A DNA stretch of 63,209 bases, counting the filler, from Reticulomyxa filosa (taxonomy: Eukaryota > Protista > Foraminifera): assembly GCA_000512085.1 (NCBI GenBank). It is 28 parts of 28 records of this genome, joined end to end, with 100 filler letters (N's around TTAATTAATTAA, not from the genome) between each part and the next. Parts side by side here need not be neighbours in the genome. Positions count along the whole stretch, not along the records: positions 49,834 to 51,564 come from ASPP01020502.1; positions 51,665 to 54,575 come from ASPP01010354.1; positions 54,676 to 56,125 come from ASPP01033671.1; positions 56,226 to 58,766 come from ASPP01007745.1; positions 58,867 to 60,450 come from ASPP01015695.1; positions 60,551 to 61,754 come from ASPP01024635.1; positions 61,855 to 63,209 come from ASPP01004839.1; 21 more parts are not named here. One strand, written 5' to 3'. Below, piece by piece: positions 50,865 through 63,209 of this stretch. Below the pieces are notes generated by a model that ran no database searches, had not been told where the DNA came from, and saw only the letters and a program-made list of their open reading frames with translations. Positions within the stretch are counted from its first letter, which is position 1. Every line of letters starts with the position of its first letter. Made by a program: the position numbers and the translations under genes.

Positions 50865-51507
50865 ATGGACACACTCCTTTCACCAGATTTCATTGCAGGT
50901 TGTTTTGCTGGTAGTCTTGGTATAGTAGTTACCCAGCCATTGGATGTGATACGTATTCGAATGCAAATTCCTGAATATCAAAAATATGGTAACATCGCCA
51001 AGCAATTAACTAAAGTAAGTTCCTTTTTTTTGTTTTTTTTTAATCAATTTCTAACTTTTTTTGAAACAGAAAGTTTAATAAAAAAAAAAACCTGATCACT
51101 GCAGATAATGACAAATGAAGGAGCGCGAGGAATGTTCCGTGGCGTCGCCTCGCCGACATTGACCGTGGGTATAATGTCCGCGCTCTTATTTCATTCGTAT
51201 GAAAGTTAAACAAAAAAAAAAAAAAAAGGGGAGGGTATGTGTATGTGTATGTATGAGAGAAAGATGAGACGAGAATGCGTCGCATATTGTTGCACAGTTG
51301 AAAGCGAAAAATATCGCACCCCTCCCCTCTCTCCCCTTTTGTATTTATATGTATGTGACAGGAAGCAGAAGGTTTCTGTTGAAATATCGTCCTGCACGTA
51401 GAGACGGGTCGTTGGATTTGCTTACCCCAACACTGGCCGGTGCTTGGGCCGGGGTAGTATCCTGCATTATTACATCCCCGACGGAAATGATCAAAGTCAT
51501 ATGTCAA
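50865..51507 (+). CDS. Mitochondrial carrier (SLC25; carnitine/ornithine-carrier-like), multi-exon, 3'-partial
   Basis: FIAGCFAG...QPLDVIRIRMQ, EGARGMFRG and AGAWAG...SPTEMIKV carry the Px[DE]xx[KR] signatures. Confidence 0.93.
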
Positions 51508-51664
51508 GTTTTGTCACTTTTTTTTTTTTTTAATTTTTTTTTTTTTTTTATTGTATTTCTTTAGNNNNNNNNNNNNNNNNNNNNNNNNNNNNNNNNNNNN
51601 NNNNNNNNTTAATTAATTAANNNNNNNNNNNNNNNNNNNNNNNNNNNNNNNNNNNNNNNNNNNN

Positions 51665-52838
51665 GGTGGTCGAGGCGGTGGTCGTGGCGGTGGACGCGGC
51701 GGCGGTGGAGGACGTGGGGGTGGAATGAAACGTGATTTCAGAGGCGGTGGTGGCGGAGGACGAGGAGGTGGACGTGGCCGAGGGGGTGGTCGAGGAGGTG
51801 GTCGAGGGGGGGGACGTGGTGGTGGCAGAGGTGGAATTCGTAAAGGACCACCAAATTTGAAAGGTTGGCACGGGTTGTTTTTTAATTTTTTGCTTCACGG
51901 GGTATCGCACTTCTCATTGTTGTTGACAATCTTTAAAAAAAATAGGTGGAGCAAATGTCGCTATCGTCCCACACAGACATCCAGGAGTGTTTGTAGCACA
52001 AGGAGTCACTAATTCTTTGTTGACCAGGAACATGGACCCTGGCAAAGATGTTTATGGAGAAAAAAAGAATCAGTATCGATGTTGAGTTTTTTTTTGTATG
52101 TCCTTGTGGATAAAAAAAATTTTTAATAAAAAGGGAGAAAATAACGTTCGGAACTTTTTTTAATTTCTAAAGGAACAAGGAACCAAAGTTGAGTATCGTA
52201 TTTGGAATCCATTCCGCAGTAAATTAGGATCAGCAGTTCTGAAAGGAGTTGACAACATTTACATTGGCCCTGGCACAAGATTATTATATTTGGGAGCCGC
52301 CTCAGGAACTACTGTGTCTCATTGCAGTGATATTGTTGGCCCTGATGGAATAGTTTATGCAGTCGAGTTTTCTCCTCGCTGCGGTCGTGATTTAGTCGCG
52401 ATGGCACAAAGAAGAAGAAATGTGGTTCCGATCATTGATGATGCCAGAAAACCTTTACGCTACCGCATGTTAGTTAGTATGGTTGATACAATATTTAGTG
52501 ACGTCGCACAACCAGACCAAGCAAGAATAGTTGGCTTTAATGCAAAATATTTCCTGAAAACAGGGGGACATGTCGTAATGTCCATCAAAGTTTTGAAATT
52601 TGTTTTTGGATTATATTATTCTGCAAACGATTTACTCGAGTGTTTGGTTTGTGTGCGATAATTACAGGCAAATTGTGTTGATAGTACAGTGAACCCTGAA
52701 CACGTCTTCGCCCAAGAAGTCGAAGTTTTGAGAAATGAAGGATTTTTGATGGAAGAACAAGTATCATTAGAACCTTACGAGCGCGACCACGCCGTTGTAA
52801 TAGGATCTTACCGAATTAAAAACAAAGGCAAAATGTAA
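51665..52838 (+). CDS. FBL: Fibrillarin (box C/D snoRNP methyltransferase), 5'-partial, multi-exon
   Basis: RGG/GAR domain, then [56 protein letters not shown] and LEPYERDHA. One extra A in the run at 52060-52066 shifts GEKRISID, probably a sequencing error. Confidence 0.97.
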
Positions 52839-53270
52839 AAACGAAACCATCTCTTTTATTCCATAAAGACAAAAAACTGAATTTATTTTGATTTCTTCAA
52901 ATGGGATTATTCCCATTGATATGAAATCCATTGTAAAACACCAAAAAAAGTTTCTTCAAACAGAGTTAAAATGTGAGTTATAACTGTTTTTGTTTGTTTC
53001 GCATTAGTTGGTGAACAGCTTTGTGGGGCATAAAAATAACTAAAAACTTCGTTGTATCTTTTTTATCATCCAAAAAATTTAACATTTTCTTCATCTTTCC
53101 GATCACAGAAGACGTAAAAAAAAATGCAAGTTGAAATGTTGGAAAGGATTTTTTTATCAATGCGGTGAGGGAACAAGTAGTATTTTTGCGAAAGAAAAAA
53201 ATTTGTGAAAGACAATGTCTAATGATTTGCTTTACATCCTTGACAGCCAAAATTCAAAGATACGCAAATT

Positions 53271-54278
53271 TCACAAAACCAAACAACACGTAGTGCTTTC
53301 TCCCTCATCTATCACTTTTTTGTTATTTTTCTCCTTTTTTTCCTTTCTACACAATCGGACTAACTCGTAAAATGCCTCTACAATGTTTACAGCAGTAAGA
53401 GCCGATCCCTCAAAAAATGTCACACCCCATGAATTGGCTAAATTTTGACCGTCTTGTTTTTGGACTTCTCTTCTTGAATCACTTAAATCGCATTTATTTG
53501 CAAACAACACCACATGATATTCTTGGTCGTCTTTTACCATTTTTATTTTATTGTATATATCTTCAGCTCCCTTGAATGATAATTGTGAATCGACAGAATA
53601 CACTACCAAAAATGCTACTCCTTGTTTGATCCCTTTTTTTGTTTTTTTCAGTTTTTCTAAGTTTATGAAAATACACTACTCTCCTCTCAAAAAAAGCTAG
53701 CAAAAAAAATTAACAATTCTCTTGCAAAGCTAAAAATTGTTCTTGTCCAGCAGTATCAAGAATTTCCAAGAATGCTGTCTCTCCATCCACCTCAACGGGT
53801 TTCCTATTTTTTTAACAGTACGTATGTTTCCTTGTAAATATTTTGTTTATGGAAACAAAAATCTTAGGCTAATATGGATATAGCATATGTCTTGCGATTA
53901 GATACAAAATTGAACCATTAAAAAAACCTACGTGTAACTGTCTGTGGAATATAATGACACAGTTTATTTTTCAAATATCACACAAACGTTTTATGCTAGT
54001 GCCCTTCAAACTTTTTCGTTCGTCCCTGGCTGCACTTTTCTAACAAACCTTCGATAGTGGGATCATAGCTAGGATCAAATTTGTCTTTTACAATTCGCAG
54101 TGTAATGGCACTTTTTCCAACCGCTCCTGTTCCCAGCAACACAATATTGTACTATTTTTACACAAACAATTACACGTCAAAAAAACAACGATTTTATCAA
54201 GTCTAGTTAGTTTTATGAAATAACGGATATATGTACCGTGTTTGCTGTGGTTGTATTTCTTGATCGTGGGTCGCTCAT
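53271..54278 (-). CDS. Ras-family small GTPase, 5 exons including a 10-nt micro-exon
   Basis: Spliced product MSDPRSRNTTTANT|YNIVLLGTGAVGKSAIT...YDPTIE|DSYT|KPVEVDGETAFLEILDTAGQEQF...|W...NKCDL...EGSA...CCLVL contains the G1-G5 boxes, the Ras effector loop and a CaaX motif. Confidence 0.95.
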
Positions 54279-56267
54279 TCAAATCTATCAATCCGTGAAA
54301 GCTTCACGATTCTGCAAAATTGTAAAAAAAAACTAATAAGTGGCCAACGTAGTTAACAATAATTTGTAAAGCAATTATAAAAATCAAAAAATTATTGAGT
54401 ACGAACATTTCGAGCTATTGACAAAGCTGGACTTTTTTAGCAATCACATGACAAAAATACATGAAAGGCGATGAAATAGCAGATACGAAATCATTCCCAA
54501 CTGCAAAAAAATGAACAAGAAATTGATATGATGACCAGAATGAAAAGTAGTTAGTTTTGCAAAGACACGCCCACGNNNNNNNNNNNNNNNNNNNNNNNNN
54601 NNNNNNNNNNNNNNNNNNNTTAATTAATTAANNNNNNNNNNNNNNNNNNNNNNNNNNNNNNNNNNNNNNNNNNNNGTCAGTATATAAAAGTGAAATTTAT
54701 CATAAATAACGTTTAAATATAAATGTTGCAATCATTCGCAAATATGAATCCTTATTTTCATTTTATAAAATCAATCAAATTATATATGAAAATGATTTAG
54801 AGTATTCTACAAATTATACAATATCAATATAACTATTTTCTAAATATTATTAAAAGAAAAAATTATATGTATACATTATCTGAATCATGAGTTTTTATCT
54901 ATAGTAAAATCTGTAACAGAAAAGTATTTTTAAGGATCTGTATACAACTCAATAACTCAAATCCATTTCGACTGTTTCATCCACTATGTGTACATCAATA
55001 CTTAATCATTTATTTGGTCTCTTTTTCATCATGTGCATTCTGTTATTGCATGCGAGAAAAATTATTTCTTTAAAAAAAAAATGCCATTCGTAGCAAAGTT
55101 TAAAACTGTTTTTCTTGTTTTGTTACGACAAAGTGAAGCTAAAAGCGAAGCAAGTTTATAAAAAAACGCTTAGCGTGAAAAAAAGTGAAGCAAAGTTATC
55201 CAAAGCAATTTGATATTTTTTTACATACGAAACATAGCAAAAATTTGGTTGACAACAAAAGGTTTGTAAAGCGTTTTAAAGTAATTTTTAATGCAAAAGA
55301 TTGAGGTTTAAGCAATTTTTTTGTAGAAAATTGCAAAAAACAGCAATCCAAATTTAACTTACATACAATTCCATATTACTTGAAAATGCAATTACTTTGT
55401 GCTTTCCAAATATATACTTGGTTTTCTACAACAAGACAATAGAATGTTCGAATGCAATCGAAAGACAATTATTTAATTGTATTTTTGAATAATGCTGAAC
55501 GGGAAAGATATTGAAAAAGAATATAAACAAATTCTTCTTCTCTTGTGTCAAATTAGTTCAGATTTGCATTACAATTGTCACTCTTATTGAACTCAGAAAA
55601 AAAATAAAACTCAAACCCTTTATAATATAATGAAAATACATCAAAGTTTATCTTCACAAATTTGAGGAGGAGCAATACATTTAAGAGTGATCAAAGTCAG
55701 AAAGGTTAGAGGAGTCAAGCGTTGCAGAAAGTCCAGCACTTGTCGAACGCACCAAATCCAAAAATCACGAACAAATAAAAGGAAAAAAAAAATAAACAAT
55801 GGGCCAGGCGGCACGTAGTGCCGCATGGCCCAAAGTTTATCTTTTTTTTTTTCCTTTTTTGGATTTTAAATTTGTTAAATTTGGTGGTTGGTTATAAAGA
55901 TCATTTTATTTGTTTAAGTTTATGTAGAACATCGGAATCTATTTTGATGATAGTTAATAATTCATTTTGATAACAGTTTTAGTGAATGCGTTTCTTTTAA
56001 GGAATGATAGTGATTGGATGCACTTATGTTTAGTTGTATTTTTTCAATGGAACAATTTAAATTTTGATCAAAATAAAGAGCGGTTAAAAGGATATATTAA
56101 AAGTTTAGCCAAATTAGAGATGGTGNNNNNNNNNNNNNNNNNNNNNNNNNNNNNNNNNNNNNNNNNNNNTTAATTAATTAANNNNNNNNNNNNNNNNNNN
56201 NNNNNNNNNNNNNNNNNNNNNNNNNCAAAAAAAAAAAAAAAAAAAAAAAAATGGGAACAGACATTAT

Positions 56268-56946
56268 GTGAATGAATTGACAAAAGCCAATTCATTTGGG
56301 CCATGGCATTTGGGTGAAATGCTGACGTCGATGATCAGCCATTGGACGACAGGGACACCACCATGGTCAGCGACAGTAGTGGACGTGGAGACAGCGAGTA
56401 GTGCAAATGACACTCGAAAAATGGAAAAGGGCACGATATTGGCATTGTATTGCTTGTATCTACTTGTGACATATAACAACCCAGGATACATTGTATCCAG
56501 CTGTTTGTTGCGTAAATCGAATACGATGGAGCTATCGAACCACCCCAAGGTGGTCGTGTCGCCCGCACGAATTCCACAAGTGCTATTACAGTTCATCGCC
56601 TTGTCGTCGGCGTTCTTTCAATCGAAGGAAGAGACCGCGGACCATATGAAGATACGACGATTGTGCTTGATTGTGTACTCAAGATTGACGGAAATCCCCG
56701 CCGCTTTAATCTGTCTTTTTTCGCCGGATTTGGACCCACTTACCACGGTCGTGGATTACTGCAAAGTAGACAGCAATGGACAATTGGTGTGCAAACACGA
56801 ACAAAAAGTAACGTCGTTGGCGACCATTGTCATCGACATTGTGTGCGATTATATGATTTTGTTGTGTCGAAAATTACATCAGACACTTACAGCTGTGGAT
56901 GAACGTTACACTAATAATAACAATAATAGTAATCATAATAATAATG

Positions 56947-56986
<40 letters not shown>

Positions 56987-57680
56987 TAACAATAATAATA
57001 TTCCAATAAATTCTCCCAAAAACATCTCCGACAAAAATTTTACTATTTATTTATTTGATATCCACTTATTACTTGATATTGTCATTCGATGCGTCATTTT
57101 TCAAAATCAAATGGAACTATCTTTCACTAACCAATCCTCTCTGTATTTACGCCTAATCAATATCCAATTCAATGTTATCAAGGTCTTGCTCGACAATGCC
57201 AACCAATCTTTGCTAACCAATTCTGTTGTTTTTGAATTACTGTCCAGAATTGTCTCATTGATTCGAATGGTCTTAGGGTGTTACAATCGCATCTTTGAAT
57301 CCAAAAAACTACTCATCACCTCCTTCTTTTTAACGCTTGGCAAACATTGCTCCTATCTTCAACAGTGCAGTGAGCTGGTCCAAATCCATCCACACAAAAA
57401 ACCTCGGCTCGAAAAAGATTTAAATGTCTTGGTCCGAGTTAGCAAGTGGATTGAGGGCTTACTAATGCGTGAGTTTCCAGAGTTCAAAACTCAAATTGAA
57501 ACGCCTTTACATGTTCAAACGTCCATGAAAATTATCAAAAATGCCTTAATGTCCGAGGAATTTGAAATTCCCAAAGCCAAATTCCCCATTGATTATTTGG
57601 GATATCAAGAGAATCGACCTTCTGAAATGAAATTTTTCAACAAAATTGTTTCCGATTTTGTTCAATCGAATAGTACTTGA
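56268..57680 (+). CDS. C-terminal exon of a large helical (ARM/HEAT-like) protein with a poly-Asn insert
   Basis: 470-codon open frame after an AG acceptor, with Leu/Ile-rich helices and an (AAT)n tract at about 56910-57000. No family recognised. Confidence 0.7.
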
Positions 57681-57978
57681 TTTCAATTGTTTTTTTCTTT
57701 TTTATGGTTATCAATCTTAAAGCTTTATTATCATTATTTTTTTTTTTTTTAAGTTTTTTATTTTGCATTTAAAGAACAAAAAACAAACCTTAATTTTGAT
57801 ACCTTACCAGTCTTAGCTTTGTCTATTTCAATCACGTCCTTGCTGTCGTTCTTATCTTTTTTAAGTTCAGGTTAACAACTGTTTCATGAAAAAGAAAAAA
57901 CCAGTAATAAAATCGATATTTTCAACTCTGCAAGGTGATTTTTTTTTCACGTTCCTTCTCCTCAGAAACTACATAACT

Positions 57979-58752
57979 ATGTTGTCTCGTGAACAAAAAT
58001 CAATAGGAGGAGCATTATTGGACCTTTCTGACATGTATGTACTTAAATTATTAATATTTGGACAAACAAGTTTTCTGAGTCATTGAGAGGAATGAACAGC
58101 ACATAAAAAAAAAAAAAGATCGGCAGATGTCCAGATGCACTTATGCAAAGTCTACTTTCTATTAGCTTCTGCGCTAATTTCTTCTGTTGTCGGATGTTAT
58201 TTGCAGATCAAAAACAATTTGTTGTCTGAGCACTGTATGTTTGACATTCTTTGTTTTTACAAAAAGAGTTGTAATTGGCTCTCTTTCTCTCCCCTTGTCA
58301 AGCAGATAACACCAGAGGGGATCCGAAGTGTGTATATGTGCATGTATATGTGCTGAAAAGTCTTTCCATATTTGTTGGCAGTGATATTATTGATATCATG
58401 CATTTATTTTATAAATCACAAACGTCGACAATTGCGTAGTGGATTAGTAATATTGCTTGGTGGTTTTCAAGGGATAATGATGGGGCCATTGATAAACGAA
58501 GCGATTAAAATTGACTATCATATTGTGCAAGCAGCGTTTTTATTGACAAGTTGTGTATTCATCGGATTTACTCTCGTGGCACTCAAGTCCGGCCGGCGAT
58601 TGCATATTTTTATTGGTGGCTTTATTAACTCGTTAGTTTTGTACATGTTTACGATATCTGTATTCGTCCCGTGGCATTATCCCGTTAGTTATTATGCATG
58701 CTTTTATGGAAGCTTATTTTTATGTTGTGCGTATGTTATCTTTGACACTCAA
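57979..58752 (+). CDS. Bax inhibitor-1 (TMBIM6-like) membrane protein, multi-exon, 3'-partial
   Basis: VQMHLCKVY.LL, G.FQGIMMGPLI, IVQAAFLLTSCVFIGFTLVAL...RR..IFIGG and YVIFDTQ are BI-1 motifs. Confidence 0.9.
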
Positions 58753-58866
58753 GTTGAGTTGTTGTTNNNNNNNNNNNNNNNNNNNNNNNNNNNNNNNNNN
58801 NNNNNNNNNNTTAATTAATTAANNNNNNNNNNNNNNNNNNNNNNNNNNNNNNNNNNNNNNNNNNNN

Positions 58867-60450
58867 TCATTTTTTTCTTTTTTTATCCTCTTTTCCACAG
58901 CCTTTATGGATTCGTATCCTTTTGTCTTCAAATAAGCATTTGCCTCGTTGTTTTTGGAAGAATCCGGAGATAATTTTTTTTTTTCAATATATTCTTGGTT
59001 GACGCTTTCCAATTGTGAAATACTTTCCTTAGCTATCTCAATCTTATTTGCAATTGATTTCAATTCCGATTGGAACGTAGTCTCGACTTTGATCAATTGT
59101 TCTCTCATAGCATTGCTTTCAGAATCAAGGCATTTCACATCCTCAAATTTATTTTCTTTCAAGTACAAATTAGCATTGTGGACACTCTTCGCGTATGCTT
59201 TAAGTTGAATCAAACTCTCCTTCATCTTTTTTTGCTCTGATACGTCTTTTATTTCCAATGCAAATTCGCGACGAATTGTAGCTAATGTGGCTCGGATGGG
59301 TTGTTCAAGTTGAACACCCAGCTTTTCACAAAAAGATGTTATTTCTGGAATGCTCACTTCCAAACGACGCAATTTTCCAAGATGAGCGGAGATATTGCGG
59401 GCTTGTAGGAAATTCGGATGATCTAAATCGATTTCCAAAGTTTGACTCAGTTGCTCCAAATCGTAAAAATGCATTTTCAACTTTTGTTTTACGACATCCA
59501 TCGGATTGTTACTGTCTCTTCCATTGCATTCGTTAATCCACTTCAACTGACTCATACAAAGGACACATTCAAACAATCGATCGTAATCAACTGATGACAC
59601 ATTTGGTTTATTGAATGAATCAAGTATTTTATCAATATCTTCCTGGACATTGCGCACTGAACTAGATATCCTTTTATTAATTTGATGATATTGACTTTCT
59701 GTTTTTTGTTTTATTACTTCTATGGCTCGAAGCTCATCCATCACCGATACAAGTCTTTTAATTTCATCAAATGCCTGATATCTTTGCTTTTCATACAGGT
59801 ATGAAATGCTTTGCTCAACTTTTTCGAAATATTTCATGATTTCATTCACAAACGAGCAAACTGACTTTTTCGTAAACTGATCAAGTCCAACATGTTCACA
59901 AGGCAAGTCGAACACATTTGCTGCTTTCTCCAAGAGGGTAATTGTCTTTTTCAAAATGCTAACAGTATTTATATCGAGTTTTTCAATTTCAATTTTTTTT
60001 GTTGTTCTTCCCCCTTTGTAGGAGCGGACATTACTTCAATTGCCTTTTTCAATGTTTCATATCCTTCAACTGTAATATTATTGAGATGATCCAATGCTTC
60101 ACTTTCCAAATCTTTAATCATTTTTTTAATATCTATGAAAGAACAAAGATGCTCTTGAAGAATCAACGCCTTTCCAATTTTTTCTAATTCTTTTCGAAAT
60201 TCCGCAAACTTATCCTTTTGAATACATTTACTTGCTTCGTCAGCACAATTTACGATCCTCTTTTTTAATTTTTGACAAGCCTCATCGTAAGGACTACGAA
60301 AATTAAGGAAACAGGCTTGTACTGATGCAACTTTATCTAAATGAGCTTGTAATGTACTTTCATCTCTTTCGTTTTCATTGTTAATTGCATGAACCAAGGG
60401 TCCCATTTGTTCGTTGATGTTTTGGATCAAAGAGGCACTGCAAACTGCTT
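58867..60450 (-). CDS. Internal fragment of a large helical/coiled-coil protein (one homopolymer frameshift near 59993-60000)
   Basis: ORFs 59969-60430 and 58815-59954 join into one frame (EEQQKKIEIEKLDINTVSILKKTI) if one base is added to the T8 run. Confidence 0.7.
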
Positions 60451-60550
60451 NNNNNNNNNNNNNNNNNNNNNNNNNNNNNNNNNNNNNNNNNNNNTTAATT
60501 AATTAANNNNNNNNNNNNNNNNNNNNNNNNNNNNNNNNNNNNNNNNNNNN

Positions 60551-61754
60551 TGTGGCTTGGCCTGCAAGGGTTTGTTTGGTCATCATCGAATGCCATGATG
60601 TCAACAGCAAAAATTCATTGAGGGCTTTTAGTGGAGGTATCCCAGCCCATATACGGATGGTTGCAATAAATTTAGTACGATATGTACACATAATTTTTAT
60701 TAAGCAGGCATGCTGCGTACTTTCAAGTCGTCGTATTTGTGCGGTGGACAGGAGCATGGTTTGTAAGCCATATTGAGTGTCGGACGAATAACTGTGGTGT
60801 AGTAAGTTCGTTGCGTGTCCACAAGAAGGGTGCGACCAATGATTCCAGCTATTTGGCTTTGTTGTAGGATGGCCATCGCACGTTGTATACTTGTGTCAAT
60901 GTGTTCGCGCCAAGATAAATTGTGTAGTTAAACCGGTTAGTGACTGTGGCAATATGGAAACAATTATTTATTTAAATATCTTTCACTTTCCATTGATTAA
61001 TAACAATCATAATTTTTTTGTTATTCACTGTCAAGTTCCACTGGGTACAGTATTGTTGAACATTGGCCAAGATTTGGTCAGTCTCTGCCATAGTCAAACC
61101 AAAGGTGATAAATATCATCAGCGTATAATAAACCAATTGATGTTGTTATGTTGTATAATGTACATGCAAATTGTAATTGTCGTAGTGATGTATAGATTGA
61201 AAATAGGCCTGCTAATTTAGTATCCTTGTCCGGTCACTGTTTGGATTGGAAAGGATGGAGCATAAAAATCACGTGTCGCAATAATGATACAGCTATCACC
61301 GATGAAACTTTTTCATCAATCGAAACATTGTACCGTTGATACCACAACTGTATAACTTGAACATGAGGCCATCATGATTAACAGAGTCAAACGCTTTTTG
61401 AAGATCAAGCAAATTAATATATAATGTGGATTTGGTTATATAATTGGCGTGGTATAAGATGATGTGTAGAAAAATAATTTAATCATCACTACATCTGTTT
61501 GGACGGAACCCACCTTGTTCGTCATGGATCACTTGTTCCATGATAGCTTCAAGTCAATGAAATATGAGTCGATCAATGACTGATAGTATTGCAGATTTGA
61601 TGCGAATTCCTCTTATATCATTGAAATTGAATCATGCAGTCATTTCAGTTGGCATTGATAGTGTTAACATTGAGACTATTTCGTCGGGGATTCAATCCAG
61701 GAATGTTGCTTTGTGTCGAGGAAGTTCTTTTGCAATGCGAAGCAATTCGTCTTG
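60551..61754 (-). mobile_element. Decayed non-LTR (LINE-type) retrotransposon reverse transcriptase
   Basis: Ordered RT motifs on the minus strand: GFRPNR, LDLQKAFDSVNHDGL, degenerate GQG..S.PIFNLYI, LLYADDI (61114-61125) and thumb-region LESTQHACL..IM..YRT......IWAGIPPL. Multiple stops and frameshifts. Confidence 0.9.
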
Positions 61755-63209
61755 NNNNNNNNNNNNNNNNNNNNNNNNNNNNNNNNNNNNNNNNNNNNTT
61801 AATTAATTAANNNNNNNNNNNNNNNNNNNNNNNNNNNNNNNNNNNNNNNNNNNNATATTATTTTTTACTTTTTTCAATAAAAAAGTTCAATAAAAAACTA
61901 ATGCGCAATGAAGTAGAACTCATAAAAAGTTTCTATTGAATCAGCACGTTCTTGATTAATTTATATCAAAGGATATACGTAAAAAAAATTTTAAAATTTT
62001 TGAACAAGTAAAAAATTTGAGAATAAAAACAAATAATAACTCATTCCTCAAATACTGACAACAACCAAAACAAAAAGAACAGCAATTCTCTTTTCATCAA
62101 ATGGAACCATTTAATCTTGGATCTGTGAGATTTTGAACCATGATGAAGACAAAATTATTGGTTGCGTTCGTGGGCTTAAACATCGTTTAGTAAACCAGTT
62201 ACGGGGAACTCTTGGCGTAGAATACGCGCATCAAATACTAACAAAGGTAAAACAATTATGTAGACAAGAAGACTGACACAACACCACAATGTGAACTTCA
62301 TCTGATTTGAACAATCAAGTTGTTCGAGAAAAGAAAATTTTTCCCTTTTTTTTTGCTATTCAAAAATCATTTGTGAATCAAAAATTTTCTTTCTTTCAGT
62401 TTCATTTACAAAACCAGCGCGTCAGCGATAAAAAAAAACAAATGTGAAGCAGAGAGAAACAACCACAAATGAATTAAATGCTTTTTCATTTTGTAATTCA
62501 AAAAGATGACATGCGTAAAAAAAATGCATAGATACAGATGTATAAAAAGTGGGAGGGAAGAGTAAATGGTATTACTGTTCTCTAAAATGCTTCTCTTTGA
62601 TGGAAATACTGCAATTACAAATTTTTTAACAAAACTGTAACTGATATTTTTTATCACAAATTTGTATGCAGAATCCACAAACGATATCCAACTGCTTTAA
62701 CAGCAAAACTTTTACATTTACTTCATTTCTTGCAAAAAATAATTTAAAAAATTTTGGTTTTAATTGGCCAATGAAATGTTGGTTCATCAAAAACAGTTTA
62801 AAAAATCAAAGTATGAATATAAGTGAAAACTATATACTTTCTTTTTGCAGTTTCTTGAGCAAAAACACAAACAATCGCGCAGTAAATCCCTAACAAATTT
62901 GATTTTTATGTTTCACTATCGACTTGGCAATACTAGAGTCGTTGTGGATGTGTTTTTTTACTATTGTGAAGTTTATGCTTTATTTGGGACAATATTGCGA
63001 AAACACTTCTTGAATGACAAGCATGTCGTTGGAAATATGCTTATACCTAAATCCGAAATTTCCACCTTTGTATTGCATTTCCTAATTTCAAAAATAAATG
63101 ATGGTAACATCTAGATCATTTTTTGTTTTCAGCCAAATTCTTTGTCTAAAAGTATGTTTTTACTCGAGAACAAATATTAATGTTTGTAATATTCCAAAGA
63201 TAGTGTTTT

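Noticed and set aside
52060-52066. Programmed frameshift or pseudogenisation of fibrillarin (and the similar shift at 59993-60000)
   Set aside because: Both are single-base differences in homopolymer runs within otherwise intact frames, typical of sequencing error.
60551-61754. Retron, group II intron or DGR reverse transcriptase
   Set aside because: The motifs (GFR..R, DL.KAFDSV, thumb region ending AGIPPL) are those of eukaryotic non-LTR elements, and the frame is decayed.
4408-61854. Regularly recurring TTAATTAATTAA flanked by Ns as a biological repeat or CRISPR-like array
   Set aside because: It is an identical 100-nt synthetic spacer with six-frame stops used to join contigs. ORFs ending in X...LIN or X...N are artefacts of it.

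Overview
This window is not one locus. It is 28 short contigs joined by 27 artificial 100-nt spacers (44 N + TTAATTAATTAA + 44 N). Almost all contigs come from an AT-rich eukaryote with short GT-AG introns, microsatellites and many decayed gene copies; the repeat-family motifs resemble what I recall of the foraminiferan Reticulomyxa filosa (inference). Recognisable eukaryotic genes, mostly partial: a TRAF/RING-type zinc-finger protein, a divergent G-protein beta subunit, a probable TOG-domain protein, an ERp29-C/PDI last exon, condensin CAP-G, EFR3, mitochondrial HslU, a mitochondrial carrier, fibrillarin, a Ras-family GTPase with a 10-nt micro-exon, Bax inhibitor-1, and a very large protein cut off inside a P-loop. 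There is also a decayed non-LTR retrotransposon RT and HEAT/Kelch/WD40/PPR remnants. One contig (32367-34540) is different: it is GC-rich, intronless and bacterial-looking. It carries a tightly coupled two-gene operon, a DGQHR (DndB/ParB-fold) protein followed by a HEPN-like putative RNase, with a perfect palindrome upstream. This is the best candidate for an uncharacterised anti-phage or toxin-antitoxin system. All family assignments are by eye from motifs; no searches were run.
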